64,000 nucleotides of DNA from an uncultured Gammaproteobacteria bacterium (GTDB lineage: Bacteria > Pseudomonadota > Gammaproteobacteria > Ga0077536). A model generated the notes under the pieces. It did not search any database and was not told where the DNA came from. It saw only the letters and a program-made list of their open reading frames with translations. The stretch's first letter is position 1. Each line of letters opens with the position of its first letter. The stretch lies in assembly GCA_942490995.1 (NCBI GenBank), contig CALOBG010000020.1, positions 22,004-86,003 of the forward strand, written 5' to 3'. Shown one piece after another: positions 28,145-36,397 of the stretch. A program made the translations under genes and the position numbers.

Positions 28145-29062
28145 TCACTTTGAAATTTCGCGCTTCTTGTACGGTCCGCGCTTCTTCGGAGCCGGGGCCA
28201 GCGAGTCCATGAAGTCGATAATGTCTGCCCACTCCCAAACATTATCAGTCAGGCCCGCTTCCTGTGCTGGAGTAACTTTCAGCGTTTTGTGAATGCGGAG
28301 CCAGTTATAGAACACGGTGTAGATCGCGACCATATGGCAGTGGTTCGCGAACTTCTTGCTGAACGCATCGGTTCGCCGAGGATACCTCCGCATGTGCATC
28401 CGTATGCTGAGGTTTGCCCGTTCTACGTGGGATGTGGACACTTTCGACGGATTCGGCTTTCCCTGGACTATCGGCATGTGCGCCGCGGTGCATTCCGCCG
28501 GCGAATAACGGCGCTCGGGTGCGCCTTCCATAGACGCGCTGTAATGCTTGATTAGTCGGGCGAAATCCACGTCCGGGCCGAAGCTATCTTCCACGACTTC
28601 AACGTAGACGCTATGACCGTCAGCGGTGAGCTGGAAGCGGCCTTCGATTCGGTTAGCCAGATCGGACATGAATGCAAGGGCGTATTCCGAGTCGCGCTTA
28701 CCGACGAGGTACGAAATTAAAAGCTTGGAGTCGCTATCTAGCGCGGTCCACGTCCAAGTGTCGCCAGCACCATCTGGAGCGGCCGCAGCAGTAGAGCCGT
28801 TCCACTGCTTGGCATAGGTGAACGACCAGATTTCATCGGCTTGGACATTTTGAGGGGTAACGCCCCGAACCGTCTTGTCGTGGAAGATAGCGCAAGCTTC
28901 GCCCGCTTCGACCAATAGTTTCGCCACGGTATTCTGTGAAACGTCTGTCAGGCCAGCGGCGGCGCGCATGCTCATGCCCTCGCATAACATCGCAAGGATC
29001 TGCGCGCGTTGCTTGGTGTCCAATTTATTCATACTGAACATTATACTTGAGCGCTCTTGCAT
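28145..29062 (-). CDS. IS1-family transposase (single ORF, HTH + DDE)
   Basis: N-terminal HTH. DDE region resembles IS1 InsB (DEIW...TADG...ERANLSIRMHMRRYPRRTDAFSKKFANH versus IS1 [28 protein letters not shown]). The last four codons lie inside the terminal IR, as in IS1. Confidence 0.8.
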   Translation of the reverse strand: MQERSSIMFSMNKLDTKQRAQILAMLCEGMSMRAAAGLTDVSQNTVAKLLVEAGEACAIFHDKTVRGVTPQNVQADEIWSFTYAKQWNGSTAAAAPDGAGDTWTWTALDSDSKLLISYLVGKRDSEYALAFMSDLANRIEGRFQLTADGHSVYVEVVEDSFGPDVDFARLIKHYSASMEGAPERRYSPAECTAAHMPIVQGKPNPSKVSTSHVERANLSIRMHMRRYPRRTDAFSKKFANHCHMVAIYTVFYNWLRIHKTLKVTPAQEAGLTDNVWEWADIIDFMDSLAPAPKKRGPYKKREISK

Positions 29063-29151
29063 CTAAAGCATTTTGTTACTGTTGGTCGGCGCGATAATCT
29101 CTCACAAATTCGTGAACAGCTCGGTTGCAAATAATGCGGATCTTGACTTAA

Positions 29152-29682
29152 ATGTCAATAATAGAGTTATGCAACTACTGGAGTGCTCAAGGCGAGTTAC
29201 ACAACTACGTACCTCAGCTATCGCATGAATCGCGTAGTCGTAAATTGTATGTTTCACAATCAGTATCGGAATTGCTAAACGGAAACGAGACCACTCTAGA
29301 ACTACGTGGCGCTAGACTTCAGGCTGACCTTGATTTCTATGTTTCCGGGGGGCTTTTGCAGATGTGCCTAACTCCGCATAAAGCACAGGCTGCGTATTTA
29401 GGTCTCTTGGCACCGGTCGATAAGGGAATATGGGACATCCGAAGCAGAGACCCAAAGCCGGGACTCCGTGTCTTCGGGGGTTTTGCGGAGCCGGATACCT
29501 TCATTGCCTTAGTGTGGCGACAGCGGGACAAAATGGGCGACAAGAACGATCCGGAGTGGGTCAATGCAATTAATGAATGCGAAACGAAATGGAAACATTT
29601 TTTCCATTCATATCGTCCAGTAACTGGAGATCGGATAAGTGACTACATCACAGCTAACGCCATTGGAAGCGGAGATCCTTGA
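29152..29682 (+). CDS. Hypothetical protein (passenger ORF A, candidate toxin-like partner)
   Basis: 176-aa ORF with low GC. Overlaps the start of the downstream HTH gene. No recognisable domain. Confidence 0.5.
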   Translation: MSIIELCNYWSAQGELHNYVPQLSHESRSRKLYVSQSVSELLNGNETTLELRGARLQADLDFYVSGGLLQMCLTPHKAQAAYLGLLAPVDKGIWDIRSRDPKPGLRVFGGFAEPDTFIALVWRQRDKMGDKNDPEWVNAINECETKWKHFFHSYRPVTGDRISDYITANAIGSGDP

Positions 29683-30079
29683 AAGTAAAGAGTTATCGCC
29701 GCGAGCTATAACATATTTTCAAGAGCGCCTTCGAAATCGACTCCACGAAACGGTACTTAAAGAGTACCTGCGTCAACACGATCTTAACGGAACGCGCAAA
29801 TCGCAGATCGCCTTGCGGCTAGGGAAAGACCCCGCCCAAATTACAAGATGGCTGGGTGCCCCCGGCAATTGGACAATTGACACGATCAGCGATCTATTAA
29901 TTGCCATGGGCAGCGAGCTTTCACTTGGAGTCAGACAAGTGGCAAGCCAGGCCGCTCAAGCAAGCGATTTAGATAACATCGTTAACTTCACAGGCGAGTA
30001 CAAAATTAGCGCTGGAACTACTGCAAGAGCGTCCACCGAGAACAATCCACAAAACGACTTGTATATCTCTATTGGGTAG
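29639..30079 (+). CDS. XRE-family helix-turn-helix protein (passenger ORF B, candidate antitoxin/regulator)
   Basis: HTH_XRE-like segment TRKSQIALRLGKDPAQITRWLG...ISDLLIAMGSEL. GTG start at 29639 overlaps ORF A by 44 nt; the true start may be further downstream. Confidence 0.55.
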   Translation: MTTSQLTPLEAEILESKELSPRAITYFQERLRNRLHETVLKEYLRQHDLNGTRKSQIALRLGKDPAQITRWLGAPGNWTIDTISDLLIAMGSELSLGVRQVASQAAQASDLDNIVNFTGEYKISAGTTARASTENNPQNDLYISIG

Positions 30080-30084
30080 CAGAA

Positions 30085-30546
30085 GTGGATCACGTAACTT
30101 CAGCTATCTGCTATAAAGCGCTAGTCGATCAGCAAACCAATTTACTCACGCTAGTTGACCTTAGCGACGTTGCAATCTTTGAAGAAACGAAAGAAGCAAT
30201 AGAGCAAAAACTTAGCGAAGGCGGCGGGCAGTTTATATTCGGCCCCGTACACTATTCGTTGGTTAGTTTATGGTATCGAACTAATACGGACGTTCCGGAA
30301 TCAGGTTATTTCAGAATCACGCTTATAGCCCCGGACGGCAAAAAAGTATTGATTGCAGATGCTCAAGAAATCAGCTTGGAAAACGATATAAGCGCGCGGA
30401 CTATTGCTGTCATGAAGGCATTTCCGTTTAGGGGGTTAGGACGTTATACGTTCGCTATACACAAGCGGGAGAACACCAATGGCCGGTGGACGCTCTGTAC
30501 AAAATTGCCGCTAATTATTCGATGCCGAGACCCAATTAATCCTTAG
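30085..30546 (+). CDS. Hypothetical protein (passenger ORF C)
   Basis: 153-aa ORF starting 6 bp after ORF B, with GTG start. Predicted beta-rich. No recognisable domain. Confidence 0.45.
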   Translation: MDHVTSAICYKALVDQQTNLLTLVDLSDVAIFEETKEAIEQKLSEGGGQFIFGPVHYSLVSLWYRTNTDVPESGYFRITLIAPDGKKVLIADAQEISLENDISARTIAVMKAFPFRGLGRYTFAIHKRENTNGRWTLCTKLPLIIRCRDPINP

Positions 30547-30793
30547 AGCTAAATTTCTTCCATCGAGCTTTCGCTGCCTTCTTGGCGATTTCGTGGCGCC
30601 GCTCGGCCGACAATTGCTTCGACCTGGCTACACCGCCCTTCGTTCCGCCCTTCCGGCCTAGCTCAACGGCCGCAGGATTTTTTCCTTCGTCTAGATTTTC
30701 GTCCTCAGCCTCGCCCGTAGCTATTTCCATGACACGCACGGCATTCCCGATAACGTCCGCCGGGCGCTTTGATTTCCTGAGTTTGTCAGTCAT
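30536..30793 (-). CDS. Small basic hypothetical protein adjacent to the distal IR
   Basis: 85-aa Lys/Arg/Gly-rich protein (GRKGGTKGGVARSKQLSAERRHEIAKKAAKARW). Occupies the position that insA holds in IS1 but has no Cys zinc finger. Confidence 0.4.
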   Translation of the reverse strand: MTDKLRKSKRPADVIGNAVRVMEIATGEAEDENLDEGKNPAAVELGRKGGTKGGVARSKQLSAERRHEIAKKAAKARWKKFSSKD

Positions 30794-30852
30794 GGGCTTA
30801 TTATAGCGCCATGGGTCGATTTCTCTTTTTTGATTTCAAACTGAGGCACTAC

Positions 30853-31185
30853 CTAGATTTTTATCGGTTTGAAACGTTCGAAACCCGCGCCGTCGGAGTT
30901 GCGCGCGCCGCGTTGCGCGGGTGATTGTTTGCCGAGCGTTTTCCAGTCACTTTTACCGAACAGGGCGGCGTCATAAGCGCGGCGCTTGCGCGTATCGCTC
31001 AATACCGCAAACGCCTGGTTGATCACCGCGGCGTTCCATTCGTCACCGCCGAGATCGGGATGGGCCTTGAGTTTCTGCATCAGGGTGCGGTAGCTGGCTC
31101 GCACGATTTCCAGCGGCGCGTCCGGCTGCACGTAGAGTACGCGGTAGTAATTTCGCTGGTTCGGCTTGGATTTCCCGTCGGCCAC
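30853..31185 (-). CDS. J-domain protein (DnaJ-like co-chaperone, J domain only)
   Basis: J domain with HPD motif (YYRVLYVQPDA...KAHPDLGG...AYD). GTG start at 31185 with AGGA upstream; the ORF opens at 31212. Its TAG stop is formed at the element boundary. Confidence 0.7.
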   Translation of the reverse strand: MADGKSKPNQRNYYRVLYVQPDAPLEIVRASYRTLMQKLKAHPDLGGDEWNAAVINQAFAVLSDTRKRRAYDAALFGKSDWKTLGKQSPAQRGARNSDGAGFERFKPIKI

Positions 31186-31255
31186 AGTCCTGCATCCGCG
31201 CTCTCGACTCACTCCAGATTAGCGGCGCCGTGGCGCGTTCCTTAACCTGTGCGGA

Positions 31256-32032
31256 TCAATGCAGCTTGCCCGGCGCGTCGGCGATGGCCATGCGCCTGCG
31301 CGCGAGTTCCGCTTTCAGGGCCGCATTCGGCGCCAGTTCAAGGGCGCGGTCGAGTTCGTGCCTGGCCATGGCCGGGACCCCGGCAGCGAGCCATAAATCG
31401 ACGCGGTCGAGGTGGAACGGAAACGGGTCGGGCGCGATCAGGATCTGGTAGCCGGAATAGTCGAGGGCCAGTGCATGCTCGCCGCGCTGCAGCGCCAGCA
31501 CGCGCAGATTGTTCAACATGCGCAGCACGATATCGCGTGCCGAGGCGGGCGCAAAAGCCTGCTCGGCGCTGAGCCCAAGGGCGCTCAGCCAGGCCTGCCG
31601 CTGCGCGTCACTGACGACCGCCATCTGGAACGGATCGACCAGCTCCGCGCCGACCGAAACCAGGAAATGCTGGGGAAAATTGACCCCATGGCCATCGATG
31701 CCGAGCACCTCCGCAACGCCCAGCACGACCAGCGCGAGGCTGATCGGGATCCCGCGACGCTTGCGCAGAACGTACTCCAGCGAGCTGTTATCGCGGCTGT
31801 AATAGGCCTCGGCGCCGGCGAAACCCGTTTCATGCAGAAACGCGACCAGGGCCGCACCATCGTTGCATGGCCCGGCGGCGTCGGCCAGGCGGCGCAGTTC
31901 GCCGCGTACCCAGGCGCTATCGGTGGCCGGGTCTATGATCCGCGCGACCAGCAGGCCGCCGTCAACCGGGGTCGAGTGGCCGGCGGCAAAGTCGCGGAAT
32001 GCCGCGGCGAGGGGCAAGTCATCGTTGGTCAC
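31256..32032 (-). CDS. Transglutaminase-like/TPR protein of the SirB1 (YchA, UPF0162) family
   Basis: Core IPISLALVVLGVAEVLGIDGHGVNFPQHFLV is typical of the SirB1 family. GTG start with GGAG 8 nt upstream. Confidence 0.6.
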   Translation of the reverse strand: MTNDDLPLAAAFRDFAAGHSTPVDGGLLVARIIDPATDSAWVRGELRRLADAAGPCNDGAALVAFLHETGFAGAEAYYSRDNSSLEYVLRKRRGIPISLALVVLGVAEVLGIDGHGVNFPQHFLVSVGAELVDPFQMAVVSDAQRQAWLSALGLSAEQAFAPASARDIVLRMLNNLRVLALQRGEHALALDYSGYQILIAPDPFPFHLDRVDLWLAAGVPAMARHELDRALELAPNAALKAELARRRMAIADAPGKLH

Positions 32033-32131
32033 TGGTTCACTCCGATTACAGCGGCGCGGACCGCATGCGCATGGCAGTGCCATGCCGGCTTCAATTGGTT
32101 AGCATAGCGCGCTGCGCAACCCGATCAGGAA

Positions 32132-32608
32132 ATGACCAGCATGAGTGACCCGATAGTAGAAGCCAGCACCAAAGGCTGGATCGCCAAACACCGCGAACTG
32201 TACCTGGCCGACGGCAACGCCGGCCACCTGTGGGATTCCACCGTCGGCGGTGGCCCCGGTCCGCTGCCGACCCTGTTGTTGACGACGCGCGGGCGCAAAT
32301 CCGGCAAGGAATCGGTGATGCCGCTGTTGTACGGCGAGGTCGACGGTGGCTACGCGATTATCGCTTCGAAAGGCGGCGACCCGAAACACCCCGGTTGGTA
32401 TCACAATCTGCAGAACCAGGACCAGGTTACCGTGCAGGTCGCGACCGACCGCTTCGCCGCCACCACCCGCGTCGCCAGCGGTGAGGAACGCGCGCGGATC
32501 TGGAAGCAGATGGCGGCCATGTACCCGCCGTTTGCCGACTACCAGGTCCGTGCGAGCAAGGAAGGCGGACGCGAAATCCCGGTCGTGGTACTTGAAAAGG
32601 CGGAATAA
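32132..32608 (+). CDS. Nitroreductase-family deazaflavin-dependent oxidoreductase (DUF385)
   Basis: DUF385 pattern (LLLTTRGRKSGKESVMPLLYGEVDGGYAIIASKGGDPKHPGWYHNL). Confidence 0.7.
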   Translation: MTSMSDPIVEASTKGWIAKHRELYLADGNAGHLWDSTVGGGPGPLPTLLLTTRGRKSGKESVMPLLYGEVDGGYAIIASKGGDPKHPGWYHNLQNQDQVTVQVATDRFAATTRVASGEERARIWKQMAAMYPPFADYQVRASKEGGREIPVVVLEKAE

Positions 32609-32829
32609 CCTCCGCCGCGGCGCTTATCGACACGGTATCCACCGCTGATCTCAAGGCCGCGGCCGGCGCCGCCGGCAGCACGCTGGTATACCGCGACGCT
32701 GGCGGGGAGCGCGCCATCGAGATCCGCGAGGACGGCGGTCTGCGCTGGCTGTGCGCCGGCGGCAGCGAGATCCAGTCGGCCATTCGACTCGACGCCCGTG
32801 ACGAACTCGTCCTGCCGAATCATCGCTAT

Positions 32830-33429
32830 ATGCTCGCCGCCCTGGGCTGGTGCGCGCAGCCGCCGCGGATTTTGAATCTCGGCTTCGGCGGCGGCGCCTT
32901 CGAACGCTTTTTCAGCGCGCGCTGGCCGCCCGCGCGAGTGACTTCGGTCGAGCTTGACGCGCGCATGGTCGAGCTCGCGCGGCGGCATTTTTTTGTGCCG
33001 CTCGACTGGCCGGTGACCATCGCCGCGGCCGCCGAGTACCTGCGTACCTGTACCGACCGCTACGATCTGATCCTGTGCGACATCTACAGCGGCGAAGCGC
33101 ATCCACCGTGCCTGTCGGATAGCGATTTTTATACTCACGCCGCGCGCTGTCTGAATGCCACTGGCGTATTCGTACTCAACCTGTCGCCGGGCGCCGAGCG
33201 CGCTCTGCTGGACCTGCTGCTGGTCATGCGCAGGCGGTTTTCCGCCAGCGCGCTCGCAACCGTCCCTGATAGCGGCAATGTCGTTGTCGTACTCAGCAAC
33301 GGCGCGCAACTCGACCTCGACCCGCCCGTCGACCGCGTCGCCGCACTGAGCCGCTTGCTGGGCATCGATCTGGCTGGCATCCTGCGGCGCTTTCAGCGAC
33401 TGCCGGGAGCAACGGAGGCGCCACCATGA
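32830..33429 (+). CDS. Spermidine-synthase-like SAM-dependent methyltransferase (N-terminus probably longer than the ATG-defined ORF)
   Basis: Motif I ILNLGFGGGA. The same frame is open back to 32596 and encodes a spermidine-synthase-like N-domain (GERAIEIREDGGLRWLCAGGSEIQ) with no canonical start codon. Confidence 0.55.
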   Translation: MLAALGWCAQPPRILNLGFGGGAFERFFSARWPPARVTSVELDARMVELARRHFFVPLDWPVTIAAAAEYLRTCTDRYDLILCDIYSGEAHPPCLSDSDFYTHAARCLNATGVFVLNLSPGAERALLDLLLVMRRRFSASALATVPDSGNVVVVLSNGAQLDLDPPVDRVAALSRLLGIDLAGILRRFQRLPGATEAPP

Positions 33430-33875
33430 ACTGGACACTCGAGCTGGCCGAGCCTGCGGACCTGGCGCAACTGCTGCCCCTGATCCGGGCCTACCATGAA
33501 TTTGAAGGCGTCACGCTCGACGAGGCGGCGCGGCGCGCCGGCGCCGAACGTCTGCTCAGCGACCCCGCGCTGGGCGCGGTGTGGTTTGTCATGGCCGGTG
33601 CCGAGCGTGCCGGCTACATCGCGCTGTGCCTCGGCTACAGCCTCGAGTTCGGCGGTTTCGACGCTTTCATCGACGAGTTTTATCTGCGCGCGGAATTCCG
33701 CGGCCACGGCGGTGGCAAAGCGGCGCTGGCGGCGGTCAAAAACGCGGCCCGCGAACGCGGTATCAAGATGCTGCATCTCGAAGTTGCACGCGACAACCTG
33801 CCGGCGCGCAAACTTTATGCCGGCATCGGCATGCGCGCGCGCGAAAAATACGTGCTGATGTCGGTCGCGCCGTAA
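33426..33875 (+). CDS. GNAT-family N-acetyltransferase
   Basis: Acetyl-CoA-binding motif RGHGGGKAAL. ATGA overlap with the upstream gene. Confidence 0.85.
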   Translation: MNWTLELAEPADLAQLLPLIRAYHEFEGVTLDEAARRAGAERLLSDPALGAVWFVMAGAERAGYIALCLGYSLEFGGFDAFIDEFYLRAEFRGHGGGKAALAAVKNAARERGIKMLHLEVARDNLPARKLYAGIGMRAREKYVLMSVAP

Positions 33876-33888
33876 AGCGGCTGCGCTT

Positions 33889-34821
33889 TCACACCGCTAT
33901 CCACTCCGCCACGTCGCGCGCGCGCGCTTGTTCTAGACCGTCTGCGAACCACGCGACCAGGAAATCAACAAATACGCGCACCCGTTGCGACAGATAACGA
34001 CGCTGCGGGTAAACCGCGTAGGCGCCTAGATCGTAGGGGTCCACAGTGAGCGGAAGGCGCAACAGGCTACCGTCGGCGAGCGCGTCGAGGACCACAAACT
34101 CCGGGATCAAGCCGATGCCGACGCCGTTGAGCAGCAGGTTGCGCACCATCGTGGCACTGTTGACCTGCACCCGGCCGGCGCTGCGGATACCGCGAATAGC
34201 GCCGTCAACAACGAAGCGCCATTGGTTTGCGTTGCGCATATTGGTATCCACCACCAGGGCGTGATCGGCGAGCTGTTCCGGTGTCGCCGGCGTGCCGTGC
34301 TCAATCAGGTAGCCGGGCGCGGCACAGCACACCACAGTGCTGGCCGCCAGGCGCCGCGCAATCAACGAAGAATCCTCGAGCAGGCTGACGCGAATTGCGA
34401 GGTCGTAGTCGTCGCGGAGAAGGTCGACGAAGCCGTCGGTCAGAACGAGTTCGATGTCGAGCCGCGAATGGCGCGTCATGAAAGCGTGCAGTGCAGCGAC
34501 CAGGTACAGCTCGGAAAAGGTATTCGGCGCGGCCACACGCAAGCTACCGCTCAGTGCCGCCTCACGGCGCTCGACCTGGCTTTCGATGTCGTCCAGGTCG
34601 GCCAGCAGCTGCCGCGCGCGGGGTTGGTAAGCCTGACCGGCCTCGGTCAGACGAACCTGGCGTGTGGTGCGCAACAGCAGCTGCGCACCGAGCCGCGCCT
34701 CGAGTTCGGCGATCTGCTTACTGACAGTGGCCTTGGAACGTCCGAGTTGCTGCGCTGCGGCGGAAAAGCTCCCCAGTTCGGCTACGCGGACAAAACTTTG
34801 CATGGCACTGATCTTGTCCAC
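33889..34821 (-). CDS. LysR-family transcriptional regulator
   Basis: N-terminal HTH (MQSFVRVAELGSFSAAAQQLGRSKATVSKQIAELE) and LysR substrate-binding domain. GTG start at 34821 or ATG at 34803. Confidence 0.85.
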   Translation of the reverse strand: MDKISAMQSFVRVAELGSFSAAAQQLGRSKATVSKQIAELEARLGAQLLLRTTRQVRLTEAGQAYQPRARQLLADLDDIESQVERREAALSGSLRVAAPNTFSELYLVAALHAFMTRHSRLDIELVLTDGFVDLLRDDYDLAIRVSLLEDSSLIARRLAASTVVCCAAPGYLIEHGTPATPEQLADHALVVDTNMRNANQWRFVVDGAIRGIRSAGRVQVNSATMVRNLLLNGVGIGLIPEFVVLDALADGSLLRLPLTVDPYDLGAYAVYPQRRYLSQRVRVFVDFLVAWFADGLEQARARDVAEWIAV

Positions 34822-34939
34822 GATTGTCTTCAATCTCGAAACAATGAATTTCAATACTAGCCGATTGTTTATCTCCGGTGTGGCGTGAATAATGCCCTGC
34901 GCCCTCTCGCAGCGAATTTTTATGCCCCTAACTCATAAC

Positions 34940-35743
34940 ATGCCGACTGTCTTCATCTCGCACGGCGCACCGACTATCGCCCTCGAAGACCAGCCGTCGC
35001 GCCGCTTTCTCAGCGCGCTGGGCGGACGCCTGGCGCGGCCGCGCGCCATTGTCGTGGTCTCGGCGCACTGGGAAACAACCGATGTGTGCGTTCTCGACGG
35101 CGCCTCGCTCAACACCCTGCACGACTTTTATGGTTTCGATCCCGCCTATTACGAACTGCGCTACCCGGTCAGGGGCGCCAGCGATGTCGCTGCCGGCATC
35201 GCCAGCCGCCTCGGCGCCGCGGGGATCCGCGTCAGCTGCGATTCTGAGCGCGGGCTCGACCACGGCGCCTGGATCCCACTCAGCCTCATGTATCCCGCGG
35301 CGGACATCCCGGTCACCCAGATCTCGGTGTGCCCGGCGCAATCGGCCCTGTTTCACTGGCGCGTCGGGCGCGCGCTGTCGGCACTGCACCACGATGGCGT
35401 ACTGATCCTGGGCTCCGGGGCCATGACCCACAACCTTGAGGAGTTTCGCCGCCATCGCACAACCCCGGACGCGCTGCCGACGCCGCCCTGGGCGCACGAG
35501 TTCTGTGCCTGGGCGGCCGAACGCATCGAGAGTGGCGACGACGACGCACTGATCGGCTGGCGCGACACGGCGCCGGCCGCCGCCCTCGCCCACCCCAGCA
35601 ACGAACACTTTCTGCCGCTGCATGTTGCGATGGGCGCGGCCGGGGTATCGTGGACCGGCGAGCGCATCCACCACGGCTTCATGTATGGTGCGATCGGTAT
35701 GGACGCCTATATTTTCAAACCGCGCAGCAGGCACACGCACTGA
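34940..35743 (+). CDS. Class III extradiol dioxygenase (LigB family, YgiD/DOPA-dioxygenase-like)
   Basis: Motifs PTVFISHGAPT and VVSAHWET. Divergent from the LysR regulator. Confidence 0.8.
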   Translation: MPTVFISHGAPTIALEDQPSRRFLSALGGRLARPRAIVVVSAHWETTDVCVLDGASLNTLHDFYGFDPAYYELRYPVRGASDVAAGIASRLGAAGIRVSCDSERGLDHGAWIPLSLMYPAADIPVTQISVCPAQSALFHWRVGRALSALHHDGVLILGSGAMTHNLEEFRRHRTTPDALPTPPWAHEFCAWAAERIESGDDDALIGWRDTAPAAALAHPSNEHFLPLHVAMGAAGVSWTGERIHHGFMYGAIGMDAYIFKPRSRHTH

Positions 35744-35778
35744 ATGCGCTTTTTTAGCCACCAGCAGAGGGAAACTCT

Positions 35779-36345
35779 ATGAAATCAATCGTCCAGGGAC
35801 TGTTTATCGGCGCTTGCGCGCTTTTTGCGGGGCAACTCGCCGCCGCCGATTACAAGATCGATCCGACCCACTCGTTCGTCGAATTCCGGATTCAGCATCT
35901 CGGTTTCAGTTGGCTGTACGGTCGTTTCAACGGCATCGACGGCAGCTTCAAATACGACAGCGCGAAGCCAGAAACGAGCAGCATCACGGTCACCATCGAC
36001 ACCACGTCCATCGATACCAACCACGCCGAGCGCGACAAACATCTGCGCAGCGCCGAATTCCTTGAGGTCGACAAATTCGCGGCCGCGACGTTCACCAGCA
36101 CTGGCTACAAGGGTAATGCCGAGGAAGGCGTGCTGAGTGGCGTGTTGAAATTCCACGGGGTTGAGAAGGCCATCGAGATCCCGCTGAAAAAAGTCGGCGA
36201 AGGTAAGGATCCGTGGGGCGGCTACCGCGCCGGCTTTGAAGGCAAATACATCATGACGCGTGCCGATTTCGGCCTCGACTACGAACTCGGACCGGCCGCC
36301 ACGACCGTCGAACTCAACCTCGGCATCGAAGGGATACGCCAGTAA
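35779..36345 (+). CDS. YceI-family periplasmic protein
   Basis: Signal peptide plus YceI pattern (YKIDPTHSFVEFRIQHLGFSWLYGRF). Confidence 0.85.
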   Translation: MKSIVQGLFIGACALFAGQLAAADYKIDPTHSFVEFRIQHLGFSWLYGRFNGIDGSFKYDSAKPETSSITVTIDTTSIDTNHAERDKHLRSAEFLEVDKFAAATFTSTGYKGNAEEGVLSGVLKFHGVEKAIEIPLKKVGEGKDPWGGYRAGFEGKYIMTRADFGLDYELGPAATTVELNLGIEGIRQ

Positions 36346-36397
36346 GCGCAACTCGCCGCCGTCGGCTTGCAACATTCAGGACCAAGGAGAGATCACC

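Larger units (their letters stand above)
28136..30853. mobile_element. 2718-bp IS1-family element with passenger genes (transposon-like), low GC
   Basis: 21-bp terminal inverted repeats GGTAGTGCCTCACTTTGAAAT (28136..28156) and ATTTCAAACTGAGGCACTACC (30833..30853), 20/21 identical. Perfect 8-bp direct repeat TAGATTTT at 28128..28135 and 30854..30861. Interior GC is about 45% against about 65% in the flanks. Confidence 0.8.

Noticed and set aside
28136-29150. Possibility that the IS is only about 1 kb (transposase plus nearby IRL), with the passenger genes outside it
   Set aside because: No sequence resembling the IR occurs between the transposase start (29062) and ORF A (29152). The only IR partner is at 30833..30853, and the 8-bp TSD brackets the whole 2.7-kb unit. 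The low-GC block also extends across the passenger genes.
32539-33438. 299-aa minus-strand ORF
   Set aside because: Antisense to the spermidine-synthase-like methyltransferase and GNAT genes.
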